NCBI RefSeq assembly: GCF_044704955.1
Contig: NC_091997.1
Coordinates: 16,554,001 to 16,618,000, forward strand
Origin: Pristiophorus japonicus
Taxonomy: Eukaryota
DNA length: 64,000 bases
Direction: 5' to 3'
Shown here: positions 37,270-50,453 of the stretch, piece by piece
Position numbering within the stretch: the stretch's first letter is position 1
How the letters are laid out: every line of letters starts with the position of its first letter
The notes under the pieces: model-generated
The model's input: the letters and a program-made list of their open reading frames with translations, nothing else
Databases searched by the model: none
What the model was told of the DNA's origin: nothing
Position numbers and translations under genes: made by a program

Positions 37270-38448
37270 TGCCTCTCCACTACCATCCAGCTGGGTGAGA
37301 CTGCACTCACCTGGTTCCATTCTTATCTATCTAATCATAGCCAGAAAATCAACTACAATGGCTTCTCTTCCCGTCCCACATCGTTACCTCTGGTGTCCCC
37401 CCAAGGACCTATCCTTGGCCCCCTCCTATTTCTCATCTACATATTGCCCCTTGGCAACATTATCTGAAAACACGGGGCCAAATTCCATATGTACGCTAAC
37501 GACATCCAGCTCTACCTCGTCACCACTTCTTTCGGCCCCTCCACAGTCTCTAAATTGACAGACTGTTTGTCCGACATCCAATACTGGATGAGCAGAAATT
37601 TTCTCCAATTAAATATTGGGAAGACCAAAGCCGTTGCCTTTGGTCCCCACCACAAACTGCATTCCCCTGCCACCGACTCCATCCCTCTCCCGAGCACCTG
37701 TCTGAGGCTGAACCAGACTGCTCGCAACCTAGGTGTCATATTTGACCCTGAAGTGAGCTTCCGGCCACATATCCGCAGCAAAACAGCCTATTTCCACCTC
37801 TGTAACATCATCCGTCTCCGCCTCTGCCTCATCTCATCTGCTGCTGAAACCCTCATCCATGCCTTTGTTACCTCTAGACTTGATTACTCCAACGCACTCC
37901 TGGCTGGCCTCCCACCTTCTACCCTACTTAAACTTGAGGTCATCCACAACTCGGCAGCCCGTGTCCTAACTCGCACCAAGTCCCGCTCACCCATCACCCC
38001 TGTGCTCGCCCACCTGCATTGGCTCCCAGTTAAGCAACGTCCTGATTTCAAAAATTCTCATCCTTGTTTACCAATTCCTCCATGGCCTCGCCCCTCCCTA
38101 TCTCTGTACTCTCCTTCAGCCTCACAGCCCCCCCAAGATCTCTGTGCTCCTCAAATATTTCCCTCTTGAGCATCCCTGATTATAACTGCTCAACCATTGG
38201 TGGCCGTGCCTTCAGCTGCCTGAGCCCCAAGCTCTGGAACTCCCTCCCTGTACCTCTCTACCTCTCTACTTCTTTACCTCTCTTTCCTCGTTTAAGACAC
38301 TCCTTAAAACCTACCTCTGACCAAGCTTTAGGTCATCTGTTGTAATTTCTTCTTACGTGGCTCAGTGTCAAATTTATTTGTTTTGTCTTAAAACACTCCT
38401 GTGAAGCGCCTTGGGCCATTTTACTATATAAATACATATTGATGTTGC
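37270..38448 (+). mobile_element. L2-clade LINE 3' portion
   Basis: GVPPRTYP/PLLF region, MYANDIQLY (YADD-derived), NFLQLNIGKT, LIHAFVTSRLDYSNALL, LHWLPV; 3' end GTGAAGCGCCTTGGG...TATATAAAT. Confidence 0.9.
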
Positions 38449-39762
38449 ATAGGTGTCCTATTGGCCTTGAGCAAGTGACTAGTCACAGTCATCAATTTTT
38501 ATTTGGAGCTCTCATTGTTACTAAGTTTCAACATAAATTGCTTCTGCTCATCCTTGAGTAGCTGTTATGTCATCCCTTTCTAATAATAGCCGTCCTCCAC
38601 TTAGCTTGACAGTGCATAAAACCCTCTATACCCTTTTAACTCCATCTCTTGTCTGCCTTTTGCTTGCGGGCATGTTTCTGTGATACAATAATATCAATAT
38701 TTTTGATAGCTGCAAAGATCTCTAATGCCATTAGTTTATTCCTAATGTATTTATCCTAATAATCCTTGCTTTAGTATAACAGCATTTTAGCTGGAACGGC
38801 TTGGGTTTTTGTGGTCAGCGGCGAACGAACGGCGATCGCTGTCCGTTAAACTTGCACGTGCCCATGGACTTTCAATGGGCTTTTGCGCGGGAACTTGCGC
38901 TGATCAGATATCATTTCAGCGCTGTGCCCTCTACAGGGTAGCAACGGTGTGTCTCCTGAAACAATCAGATTGTAGAATTCTTAATGAAAACTGGGTAACA
39001 TTAGATATATTGTTTTTTTTTACTTGTTTGTTTTTGGGATGTAGGCAACACTGGCAAGACAGCATTTATTGATGAACTCGACTCCCTTGAGGGTGATACC
39101 ACATAAAAGGAAAATAAAGACTTGTATTTGTACATCGCCTTTCACAATCTCAGGCTGTCCCAAAGCGTTTTACAGCCAATGAAGTACCTTTGAAGTGTGA
39201 TTACTGTTGTAATATAGGAAACATGTTATTAGACTGGAGTTGTATGAAGGCCAGACAAGGGAGGAATGGTCGGTTCGCTTTCTTGAGTGACATTAGTGAA
39301 CCAGTTGGTTTTGTACAATAATCCAACAGTGTCCATGGACATTTTTTATGATGCCAATCCACAATCTACTGGGGTAGAAATTGCCCCCCCGCCCGAAATG
39401 GGGCGCATGCACCCTGTTTGAATGGTTTTTACTGCAGCTGCGGTTCAGGTCGCCTCTTGGGCGACATTCCGCTCTTTGTTGTTTTTTTACTTGGACACTA
39501 GTCCAGTGCCATAACCACTAAACTGCAATACCTCCCAACACTTGAACGGGAAGCAACTAATCTGTGCTTTGCAGTTCCATTTTCATTTAATTCTAGTCAT
39601 GTAGTCAGACTTATACATCTCATCATTGATGTGACATATAATTTTATATACTCCAGATTTAAAAAAATGGGTCTAGTCTAATTCCCGTGTAGATAATTTT
39701 ACACGCTCATATTATCATTAATACTGCTCTTACTGGTATTAATATATTGAATATTGCTGCAG

Positions 39763-39920
39763 ATTTTAATGAGGTGATACCAGAGACTGAAAGGCTCGAC
39801 AGCAGCTTGCAGAAAGCCCGAGCCCAGCTCTCTGTCAAGGCAAGACGACAGCGGCCATCTAGATCTCAACTACGAGATAGCATAAGCTCCACGGAGGGAG
39901 ATGACAGCCTGGAAAGAAAG
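39763..39920 (+). CDS. SAMD14: SAMD14-like coding exon (neurabin-homologous N-terminal motif)
   Basis: TGCAG acceptor, AAG|GTAAGT donor, phase 1 to 0. Encodes DFNEVIPETERLDSSLQKARAQLSVKARRQRPSRSQLRDSISSTEGDDSLERK, versus recalled human SAMD14 DLDLAVPETARLDSSLHKARAQLLAKGRRHRPSRSRLRDSASS. Confidence 0.9.
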
Positions 39921-39984
39921 GTAAGTGGTTTTGTTTTTGACGATAGGATGGAAAGTCCCCCACCTTCACCCAGCATGGATGATT

Positions 39985-40345
39985 TGGTAAAGACAGTGTG
40001 GCGTTGAGCCGTACATCCAGCAGATCCCAGGTTCAATTCTGACCTATGCTGAATGAGCTGATCGCAGTCGGTCAGTAGTAGGGGCACTTCAACTGTCCTC
40101 AGTGCCCCGGGGTTATGGATGAGCAAAATGAGGCAGTATTTTCACCCTGGCTGCTGTTCACTGAGCTCTGCTGGAAAGTGGTGTGTATGGACGTTGGGTG
40201 AGGACAGCACGGGACTTGGCCATGATGCCCTCAATGGTCAAATAGCCACATAGCACTCATTGCTTCGGCTCACAAATGAAGAATGGGCTTCTGGGTGAGG
40301 TGTTGAAGTGAGTCCAGGGAACCATATCCCAATGGAAACCAAACT
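39985..40345 (+). mobile_element. Old tRNA-derived SINE-like repeat
   Basis: Box-B-like GGTTCAATTC; body similar to 45530-45830 (GGTGAGGACA, CAC..ATG.AGA.TGG). Confidence 0.55.
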
Positions 40346-40376
40346 CTTCATGAGAGGAGGTAAAACTCTGGGGGGC

Positions 40377-40806
40377 GGGGGAAATTTGCTTTGTTTGTGC
40401 CTCCTCTTAGTGCCCCTGGGGCGCTAATGCGGCACAAACAATTTCTCGCCTGTAGGGAGGGGGGATTCTAGCGCGCCCCCCCCCCCCCCCCGTGAAATTG
40501 TGCAAGAGTTAGCGGAGGCGCAAACCGGTAGCACCCCAGTCCACTGCGCCGGCGATGATGACGTCATCGCTGTGCGCAACGACCCATTTTCACCCCGCAG
40601 CGGAAACTGGCTAGCGCCCCATGAGGCCGCCGGGGGCGATGTCAGCTCTGGCTTCATGGGTTGCGAACCGGGCCGCACTCCGCTCGCGGGGCGATAAGTA
40701 AAGGGGAGGTGTGCGCCGCCATTTTATTATCCCTACCGACTTACCGGTCCGGCCTTCGCCTTGCCTCGGTTACCACCCCCAATGGGACGATACTGAAGTT
40801 CGCCCC
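40377..40806. mobile_element. GC-rich Harbinger-type MITE
   Basis: GGGGGAAATTT ... AAGTTTCGCCCC ends; homologous to the 15401 and 54154 elements. Confidence 0.7.
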
Positions 40807-40946
40807 CTCTAGCAAAACAATAGAAAAGCAGAGATAAAAAGTTACACCAGGTACCAAGTAGAATGGGCATTTAATATTTTTACAAGTTGATTAGAATGAT
40901 TGTACTTTTCTTACAATCCGCACTGTTTTGCTATCTACAATTTTAG

Positions 40947-41283
40947 GCTACAGATAGTTACGGAAGCCCACTGCACAGCATGAGATCTCCATTACATTCC
41001 TCCCTGCGAGGCTCCTCTCCATCCTCAGAATCCGTTATCTCTTCAGCATCTCCCTCGCAGCGAGCTGCGTCCTTCTCATTCGATGTTAACATAGTGAGGA
41101 GGGCGTTTGAAGAAGGGGAGCAGACATCAATGGCGATGACACGTTACCAGACTCTGACTGATGCTTCCTCCCAGGAAGCCCTGGGCTTGACACCTACCAG
41201 TTCCCCTTCCAAATCCTGCCACAGCTCGGACACCTCTCCCGTTCACATGAGGAGGGAGAGAAGAACGGAAAAACATAGTGAAG
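40947..41283 (+). CDS. SAMD14: SAMD14-like coding exon (Ser-rich)
   Basis: TTTTAG acceptor, G|GTACGG donor, phase 0 to 1. Encodes ATDSYGSPLHSMRSPLHS...MTRYQTL.DASSQEAL...SSDTSP...RRTEKHSE, versus recalled human VTDGCGSPLHRLRSPLHS...LTRYRPLHNAASHEGL...SSDSSP...RAEPHSE. Confidence 0.9.
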
Positions 41284-41477
41284 GTACGGTTATTCATTTT
41301 TGTCATTTTTCCTATTGCGAAATCTTTTCTTCATATCTGGAGTGAAATTTGTACAATATGTTAAGCAATGAAAGAAAAGTTAATGGTGTAAGCTATACAT
41401 GTGGCACAGAATATTGGTGTACCAATATGTGGAAAATTGAAAACGTTGGATGCACATTCACATCATCGAGTTCACTA

Positions 41478-42728
41478 TGATTTATGAAGGGGAAATCATG
41501 CTTGACAAATCTTCTAGAATTTTTTGAGGATGTAACTAATAGAGTGGACAAGGGAGAACCAGTGGATGTGGTGTATTTGGACTTTCAAAAGGCTTTTGAC
41601 AAGGTCCCACACAAGAGATTAGTGTGCAAAATTAAAACACATGGTATTGGGGGTAATGTATTGACATGGATAGAGAACTGGTTGGCAGACAGGAAGCATT
41701 GCAGGCAGTGACTAGTGGGGTACCGCAAAGTTCAATGCTGGGACCCCAGCTCTTTACAATATACATCAATGATTTAGACGAAGGAATTGAATGTAATATC
41801 TCCAAGTTTTCAGATGACACTAAACTAGGTGGCAGTGTGAGCTGTGAGGAGGATGCTAACAGGCTGCAGGATGACTTGGACAGGTTAGGTGAGTGGGCAA
41901 ATGCATGGCAGATGCAGTATAAGGTAGATAAATGTGAGGTTATCCACTTTGGTGGCAAAAACAGGAAGGCAGAATATTATCTGAGTGGTGACAGATTAGG
42001 AAAAGGGGAGGTGCAACGAGACCTGGGTGTCATGGTACATCAGTCATTGAAAGTTGGCATGCAGGTACAGCAGGTGGTGAAGGTGGCAAATGGCATGTTG
42101 GCTTTCATAGCGAGAGGATTTGAGTATAGGAGCAGGGAGGTCTTACTGCAGTTGTACAGGGCCTTAGTGAGGCCACACCTTGAATATTGTGTACAGTTTT
42201 GGTCTGAGGAAGAACATTCTTGCTATTGAGGGAGTGCAGCAAAAGTTCACCAGATTGATTCACGGGATGGCAGGACTGACATATGAAGAAAGACTGGATC
42301 GACTAGGCTTATATTCACTGGAATTTAGAAGAATGAGCGGGGATCTCATAGAAACATAATAAAATTCTGATGGGATTGGACAGGTTAGATGCAGGAAAAA
42401 TGTTCCCGATGTTGGAGAAGTGCAGAACCAGGGGTCACAGTCTAAGGATAAGGAGTAAGCCATTTAGGACCAAATGAAGAGAAACTTCTTCACTCAGAAT
42501 TGTGAACCTGTGGAATTCTCTACCACAGAAAGTTGTTGAGGCCAGTTCGTTAGATATATTCAAAAGGGCGTTAAATGTGGCCCTTACGGCTAAAGGGATC
42601 AAGGGGTATGAAGAGAAAGCAGGAATGGGGTACTGAAGTTGATTGATCAGCCATGATCATATTGAATGGTGGTGCAGGCTCGAAGGACCAAATGGCCTAC
42701 TCCTGCACCTATTTTCTATGCTTCTATC
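41478..42728 (+). mobile_element. CR1 RT-to-3' fragment
   Basis: ORFs 41484-41711 and 41666-42229 (KSCLTNLLEFF, YLDFQKAFDKV, KFSDD) plus 3' UTR. Confidence 0.92.
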
Positions 42729-42754
42729 TTAGCTGTGAGAAAGTGCCTGGCAGT

Positions 42755-43018
42755 TATAATGTATTTGCTTCATGGGTTCTTTGCTTAAGAATTCATAGCA
42801 ACACATTGCTATTAAGAACTAGTTGGTTTATTAGCAAAGGTTTAACAATCACACTACGCATTACCAGTTCATCCACCAGGCTCACAACCACCAGCCTCAG
42901 TGAGGATCCCCCCAACCCAACTGGCTGGGGTTTTATTGAGTCTTGTGAACATCATGTGACTGGCTAAGCCACTCCCAACTCAAAAGCTCTACAAACCTGT
43001 GAGCATGCACACATTACA
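42755..43018 (-). mobile_element. LTR family A, copy 2 (uninterrupted solo LTR)
   Basis: Short inverted termini TATAATGT...ACATTACA; AATAAA on - strand; flanks GCAGT/ACGGT could be a decayed 5-bp TSD. Confidence 0.8.
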
Positions 43019-43183
43019 ACGGTGGCTATCCCAGACCCCAAAAATGATCCTGAGCTACTCTTACCTGCCTCCTCCTTTCAAAGTGGCCTTGACTGAAGAA
43101 ACACGGGTCATCTATCTGCCCTAACACAAGAGCCCTTTTGTAAATTCTTTGGCAAGTCTGCCCTGGGCTTAGGAGACATTCTG

Positions 43184-43353
43184 GGGGCAATTTTAACATA
43201 ACCTGCCCATCAGGAAACTGATGGGATCGGTTGCAATGCTGATTTTACTCTTCGTCGAAGTCAATGGAAAGTAATATTGGACGAGGTGCAAAACCGACGT
43301 TCCACCCGATCCCATGGGATTCCCACCCAGAGATTTAGATTAAAATGACCCCT
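43184..43353. mobile_element. Short palindromic MITE
   Basis: GGGGCAATTTTAA ... TTAAAATGACCCC with internal dyad ATGGGATCGG / CCGATCCCAT. Confidence 0.6.
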
Positions 43354-44984
43354 TTATCTCAATATGATCATCTTGATGTTTTTACATAAAGAGTGGTGTT
43401 TTAAAATCTTTTTTAAAACACAATTCTTTATGTAAAAACATATTTAATATACTTGATAGAGGCAATGCTTTTTGTTTACAAACTGCTTAAACTATGCTCA
43501 GCATTATGGTGACCATCCATCACCGAGCAGACTTATCTGGACAACTGGATACTGGTGGCAGGGAGATAAACTGGGAGCTTTTTCATTTAAATTGAGCCAT
43601 TATTTATAAATTGTATCATCTTGTGTTATGAGCAACGTTAGAAGTACTGTTCAAACTGAGTTTTCCTGCTTCTCGTTAGAACCCCTTAGTAAGTTCAGAG
43701 TGCCAGTGAGCCAGTGCTTGTTAACAAGTTGGACCTTGTTACATCTATTTTATGGCTGTTAAACAGGCACAAGGGACAATTTGGGGGATTAGTGCGGCCC
43801 AAGGACTCGTGACACGTCTGACCCAATGTTGAGTTTGGGCGTCCAGGGTGGCCACCTAAAACAGGCCCCCTGCATATGCTAATGAGGGACCTAAAGCCTA
43901 TTTTAGGACCTCTCAAGGATATCGGGTCCACAGTCGTCCCGAAGGGCCGAACCGCAATTGATCCCTTTCCCATTCTCCAATCCCTTGGGATTTACCTTTG
44001 GGCTGCTGTCAGGGAGGCAAGTCGCCCAACTTTATATGATGGCCGAGCTGCCTGTGGAGGCGCGAAGGTTGCTGGGGGCTCGCGCAAATAATGTCAATGA
44101 GGCCTGAGGCTCAATTTTGGGCCAGCCTCAGGCTTCCTGGTTGTGGTGCCCATTTCAGACACAAAATACGAGTCTAAGGGAGCTACCCCCCCCCACAGTT
44201 ACCAGGTGGTGTTATAGTCAACAACATGTCCTCAGCTCACCAGCACATCAAACCAGATGAGATTAATGGGAGAAACCTAATGCTCAGGCTGCGTTCACCA
44301 TACTAGGAAAAATAATTGGTAAATACCAAAAGCTGAACAGAGCATCACGGCCTCGGAGGCTGGGCTCAGAGTTTCTGCAAACAGCTCTGATTAGGCCGTG
44401 GGATGAGTGGGATTAGATAATTGAGCAGTGCGTTTAACAGCTGAAGTCTTCAAGCTGTGGAACACCAAGTATGAAATGTGTGGGGGTTAAGGAACTGAAA
44501 AATCAATGGGATTAAAAAAAAACTGAGTGCCTGCTTACAGCATTCGGAATTGGAAAAACAGGTATTCGTTCTATTGTAATTATAATTACAATGGAGAAAA
44601 CTGTAATGGACAAAAAAATAGCCGGGAGGCGGTGGGGGGAGAGAATCTGTCGGGAGAGAAATTTTACAGTGGATTTCGTGGCTGTGGAGTTTATCTGCCT
44701 TGGATAGCATGGGACATAAAAAAAATGGGACTAGTGTACACCCAATTTTCCCCAGAGGAAGTAGTAGAAAATAACAAATGAAAAGTAAATTTTACCTATC
44801 ACAGATATATGTCAATTATGTAAGAAGTGAATATTTGCTTTAAGCTAACAGAAATCAGGGCTCCCCTATGGTACAGCTCAATAAATCCACTATGTGCCCC
44901 AGGGACATGTGGAGGACGGCCGACCCGATATTGAGTTAAGGGTGGCCACCTAAAACCGGCGTTAGACCCCCTGCATATGCCCGA

Positions 44985-45413
44985 GAGGTTCTCGATTTCA
45001 AAATTCTCATCCTCGTTTTCAAATCCCTGCATGGCCTTGCCCTCCCTATGTCTCTAATCTCCTCCAGCCCCACAACAGCACCCCCCCCCCGCCCCCCCGA
45101 GATGTCTGCGCTCCTCTAATTCTGCCCTCTTGAGCATCCCTGATTATAATCACTCAACCATTGGTGGCCGTGCCTTCTGTTGCCTAGGCTCCAAGCTCTG
45201 GAACTCCCTGCCTAAATTTCTCCGCCTCTCTACCTCTCTTTCCTCCTTTTAAGATGCTTTTTAAAACCTACCTCTTTGGCCAAGCTTTTGGTCACCTGCC
45301 CTAATGTCTCCTTGTGTGGCTCGGTGTCAATTTTTAAAATCTTATCATACTCTGTGACGTGCCTTGGGACATTTTATTATGTTCAAGTCGCTATATAAAT
45401 ACAGGTTGTTGTT
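44985..45413 (+). mobile_element. L2 3' end inserted in a palindromic MITE
   Basis: Matches 38040-38448 and has a (GTT)n tail. Flanks CCCGATATTGAGTT..GGTGGCCACCTAA and TTAGGTGGCCA..AACTCAATATCGGG are inverted. Confidence 0.8.
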
Positions 45414-45529
45414 GTTTTTTGTCCTCAAATAGGTATTAGGCCCCTCATTAGGTGGCCATCCCAAACTCAATATCGGGTTGGACATCCTTTATGTGTGCCA
45501 CTTCCCAGGTGGTATTGAACCATGCAGAC

Positions 45530-45830
45530 TAGGAAACTCTTTTGGAACCATGCAGACTAGGAATGTCCCAGTTTCAATCTCCAGCTTGTGTGAGTTAGCT
45601 GATCTCCGCTGTGCTAGCAGTAGGATGCCACAATTGGCCTCGTTAAACAGCCAGGGTCCCTGCTCCTCGACGCTATCCAGTGACCCCCTTTTTGGAAAAT
45701 GGATGTGAGGGGATGGCGGGTGAGGACACAATCCATTGTGGCTGTGATCTCCCCAAGGTGGAATAGCCAGCTGCCATTCCTTGTTTACGCTCACACATGG
45801 AGATTGGTCACTTGGATGATGTACTGGAGG
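45530..45830 (+). mobile_element. Old SINE-like repeat
   Basis: Similar to 39985-40345. Confidence 0.5.
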
Positions 45831-46744
45831 ATGGGTGTGGCCTGCAGAACCAAACTCCGGCAAGAAGCAGTGTCACGAGGAGAAAACGCAAAACAAATCA
45901 GAGGGGAGGAGAAAATAATAGAAATCACATTCCAAACTATTTTCATTCCTCCATTAATTCATTATTTTATTACAGACTCTGTTAAATATATTTGTAAACC
46001 CAGAACACATTTTTGTTTGCCAGGCTACAGTGCAGTATACTTGGATTTCGGATAACAGACCACCTCTATATTATATTAAAACACTTACTGCTTTGCACAC
46101 CTCGTGTCAACTTTTACCATTATAAAATCCTATGTCCATGTTTATCGGAAACTGCCTCTGTAAACGTGTCACACTGTAATTACACCCTGCTGCCATTGGT
46201 AGCACTATCGTGCCCCAGAAGTCCCAGCACTTCAGCCTGCACTGTAGCCTCTGCCCCTACTTAACCTGAAGACTAACAAGGGAGATCAACGAGTATGACT
46301 ATCATTCGTTTTGCAAGTCACCAATCTACAATGGTCAGCATCAGTATATATTTCCGACATTCCCCGATCACAAACAGAAAATTGTAATAAGTCACAGAGG
46401 ATTCTGGATAATTTAATAAAATGTCATGGCAAAGAGATATTCACATATTAGGACACAGCGCTGAGAATAGCATTGTGTTCGCACTGCAAATTAAATGTAA
46501 TGAAAAAATTAATCAAATGAACTTATTTTAGATAACTGGCCTCATATAAGTGCAGGCTTTGCTATATGTTTCACACTAATTTGCATTATATAGTGTTACA
46601 ACTGTCACAATAATTATTTTGTAAGAACAGCTCATTACTAATCCTCACCTTGGTCCACTGAATTCTGACAACTTTTAAAATACTAATGTCGGGTTCTACT
46701 GGTGCTTTAATACAGTAGCAGCACAGTATATGGGAGACATGTGG

Positions 46745-47535
46745 GGGCTGAAATTCAGGGTCCGGATAAGGCCCATTTCCGCCGTTTTGCGGCGGCCATG
46801 CAGCGGAATCGAGTAGCCGCCGCGTTGCAGTCCATTGGCCGCCACGACCCAAATTCAGGTCGGGGATTTTTCGGCCTGTCCCCACTTCTGCCCCGTTGCT
46901 GCTGACTGCCGCAAGCGCATCATCAAAGCGCGCACCAACCGTTCTCCCGCACCTTCAGCACAATCCGCCCCAAATTTACCCTAAAAAATCTCTGATCCGC
47001 CACACGGTGCCCCCGACTGCTTTTTCAGTCAGTGCACCTGTTTTTTTTGCGTGTGAGCTACGACCTCGCGGCGGCCCTTCAAGGGGCGGGCACACTGCCG
47101 CAGCCGCCATGATTTTATTTTTTGCCGGCCGGCTTCCCGATCGGCCGTGCAATTATTGCCCCTGGTTCGGCCGGGCCGCCAACAGGCAGCCTGGTACCCC
47201 CCTCTTGGGCGCCAGGCCACTGGTCCGGCCGAAACCCTACCTGGTGGCCCGGCGGCCTAAAATCGGCAAATCTGCAGCGTCCCCCCTTTAAATGAGGGGA
47301 GAGACGTGGTGATGCACATGCGCAGTGATGTCACCACCACTCCGCCCAACTTCCGCCCCTCACCACAACATACCGCCGCACTTCCGCCCCCATTATGACC
47401 GACTTCCAGTCCCATGCGAAAAAAAGTTCAAAGTGTAGAAAATCGATCCGAAGGCTCGCACCTGGCGGTAAAAACAGGTAAAAAAAAAAAATCGTTGGTA
47501 CGCCAACTTTCTGCCGTGCCTGAAATTCAGCCCCC
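46745..47535. mobile_element. CpG-rich Harbinger-type MITE
   Basis: TIRs GGGCTGAAATTCA / TGAAATTCAGCCC; TGG on both flanks. Confidence 0.75.
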
Positions 47536-48671
47536 TGGTCTCCCTCCATCAGCTAGATTTCATGGTGTCGGTGCCTGGGCAACCAACAGTGTTATATAAC
47601 CAGGACATTGTGGTTCTATGAGAGTGCCATCAGATTAAAGGAGTTGCTCCCATTGAAGTAAATGTGAGGAGCCATTTCCCTTGATACAGCTACTGATTCC
47701 CCAGATTTCCCAGCAGAATCCAACGTGATTGCCCCTCGATTTTAAAATTAAAATGGAGAGAATGACGTAGAGAGGCTACTCTCTCCAGTCAGCAGAGAAA
47801 CAGCCGAGTATTGCAGACACCTTAAATTAGTGAAGGTGGGCTACCATTAAAAGTATGATTCCATTTCAGATGAAATTTAAATAGTGTTGTGGTAAATCAA
47901 ACTTTTGGGCCTTTGATGACTTGTACTTCAGCTGATTGAGAACACTGGACAATTTGGCTGAGAACTTAGCTTTACTTCAATCGCCTTCGAATACAAACTT
48001 CAAATGCTTAATTGTGGGTAATCATTCACAAATGTATTATTTTGCAGCAATATTCAAAATGCAACGGGGGACATTTTATAATAAGGTGAGTTAGAATCTT
48101 CATTCAGCTAACTGACAGTGTATTTGTTCTATAATACCCACAGCATACGCCTATTTATGATCATGGGAAATAACAAAAAGTGCTGCCTTGCAGTCTACTT
48201 CAGTGATGAAGATCACAAAGTACGCACTACAAGCGTGAATTTTATTGCTCCAGGACATTAATGGCAACATTAAAGACCAACCTTTACTCACCGTACTGCT
48301 GCTGCACAATCTCACTAACTTCTATGTTGAACAACCATCAAAGTTGACATCCATCTTCTATTATTAAGCTGTTTCGAAATGAAAGTGTACATGCCAGTAC
48401 ATGGCATATCTCTCCTTGGTCTTGAACATATCTCAGTTGATAATGTATGATGCATCTTCCCTGGGTAGTTCAGATTTGTGGTCACAACTGGGCTTCAGGA
48501 TTGATTAATATCTCTGCTCAGTTAATCTAATCAAGATTTGAACAGTAGCTCGCTAAATAAATTTATCATTTCTTTGAGCAAAAAATTTCAAAGTTGGTCG
48601 ATTGAACCGTTGCAAATATAACAGTACCATTGAAATTGGTTCTGAATTCAAAATTGAGATTCAGTGACAAA

Positions 48672-50453
48672 GGGCTCAAGTTTCAGACCCCCGCTAGAAC
48701 GCCGCACATCGGAGAGGCCCGCCTAATTTGCAGAACAAAAATTACGCCGAATACTTACCTCGCGATTCTCAGATAGCTGTCGGCCCGTTTCCAGCTCGGC
48801 GCGGCGCAGCAGGAGCTGCTGGGGGCGGAGCTACAGTCCTGCGCCAAAAACAGGGTCGGCAGCTGCGCGCGTGCGCAGTAGCTCCTGGCCCTCTCAGCGC
48901 GCCCTGTCTCCGGGCGACGACCCTATCCCTGGCCGAAGGGACGTCGCCCCTATCCCGGGCCGAGTGGCCTGACACCTCTTACCTCGTCGGCGGGGCTCGC
49001 CCGCCCGGCATCTCGCTGGGGGCGAGGCCTGCCCAAAGTGTCGGCGGCGGTCCGGCATCTTCTGCGTGCGGGCCCCACCCGAAGTCCTCGGCGGGGTCCA
49101 TTCAGCTTCCCCCCCTCTCTCTTCCCCCTCCTCTCTTTCCCCCCTTCCTCCTCTCTTTCCCCCTTCCCCCTCTCTTTCTCCCCCTTCCCCCTTTCTTTCC
49201 TCCCTTCCCCCTCTTTCTCCCCCCTTCCCCCCTCTTTCTCCCCCTTCCTCCTCTCTTTCTCCCCCCCTTCCCCCTCTCTTTCTCCCCTTTCCCCCCTTCC
49301 TCCTCTCTTTCCCCCTTCCCCCTCTCTTTCTCCCCTTTCCCCCCTTATTCCTCTCTTTCCCCTTCCCCCTCTCTTTCTCCCCCTTCTCCCTCTCTTTCTC
49401 CCCCTTCCCCCTCTCTTTCCCCCTTCCCCCCCTATCTCTTCCCCCTTCCCCCCCTCTCTCTTCCCCCTCCTCTCTCTTCCCCCTCCTCTCTTTCCCCCTT
49501 CCTCCTCTCTTTCCCCCTTCCCCCTCTCTTTCCTCCCTTCCCCCTCTCTTTCTCCCCCTCCCCCCTCTTTCTCCCCCTTCCTCCTCTCTTTCTCCCCCCC
49601 TTCCCCCTCTCTTTCTCTCCCCTTCCCCCTCTCTTTCCTCCCTTCCCCCTCTCTTTCTCCCCCTCCCCCCCTCTTTCTCCCCCTTCCTCCTCTCTTTCTC
49701 CCCCTCTCTTTCTCTCCCCTTCCCCCTCTCTTTCCCCCTTCCCCCTCTCTTTCCCCCTTCCCCCTCTCTTCCCCCTCTTTCTCCCCCTTCCCCCTCTCTT
49801 CCCCTTCTTTCCCCCCTTCCCCCTCTCTTTTTCCCCCCTTCCCCCTCTCTTCCCCTCCTCCCTCCACCCCCTCCCCTCCCCCTCCCCACCTCCCATCAGA
49901 AACACAGAGAGACACTGACAGAGACAGAATGAGAGACACTGACAGAGACAGAGACATTGGGGGGGACCTCCCAGCTTGCTGTTGGAGGGCTCCCGGTGCT
50001 GCAGTAGGTGAGTAGAAATAATTTTTTATTTATTGATTGATTTTTTAATTATTTAAAAATAATTTTTTAGACCCTCTAAATTTATGTAAATTTCTTATTT
50101 AAAAAATTATATTTCTTGTTTTAAATACTTAATTAAATACCATTTTGATTAATTTTAAATATATAATATATATTTTACGTGTACGTGTATTTTTTGGGAG
50201 TATCCCCATTCATATTTATGGGCTTTCCATACATACGGAATCCCCATAAGTATGAATGGGAATCCCCTTCTTTCATTGGTTGGGCAAGCCCACGTGATCC
50301 GCGCCGCTGGGATACATGGGCCTCTACACAGGCCTAAGCATAGAGGCCCAGGGCCGCATCTCTGAACCTCCCGGACCACCAGGTAAGGGCATAGATTCTT
50401 TGCAGGTCGGAGGCATCTGCTTGTGGAAAGCCTCCGACCGCAATTTCAGGCCC
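48672..50453. mobile_element. Composite Harbinger-type MITE containing an expanded CT tract
   Basis: Ends GGGCTCAAGTTTC and CAATTTCAGGCCC; the right portion (about 50060-50453) resembles the right portion of 62338-63026. Confidence 0.6.
49106..49894. repeat. ~790-bp homopyrimidine/homopurine minisatellite
   Basis: Degenerate ~20-bp units like CCCCCTTCCCCCTCTCTTTCT; about 4 A and no G on the + strand. Confidence 0.95.

Noticed and set aside
39921-40007. ORF-track extensions beyond SAMD14 donors (also 41284-41345)
   Set aside because: Homology stops exactly at strong GT donors, so the extensions are intronic read-through.
48728-50015. Six long ORFs (157-396 aa) rich in P/L/S/F or G/R/E/K
   Set aside because: Artefact of the CT/GA tract, which lacks stop codons in all frames.
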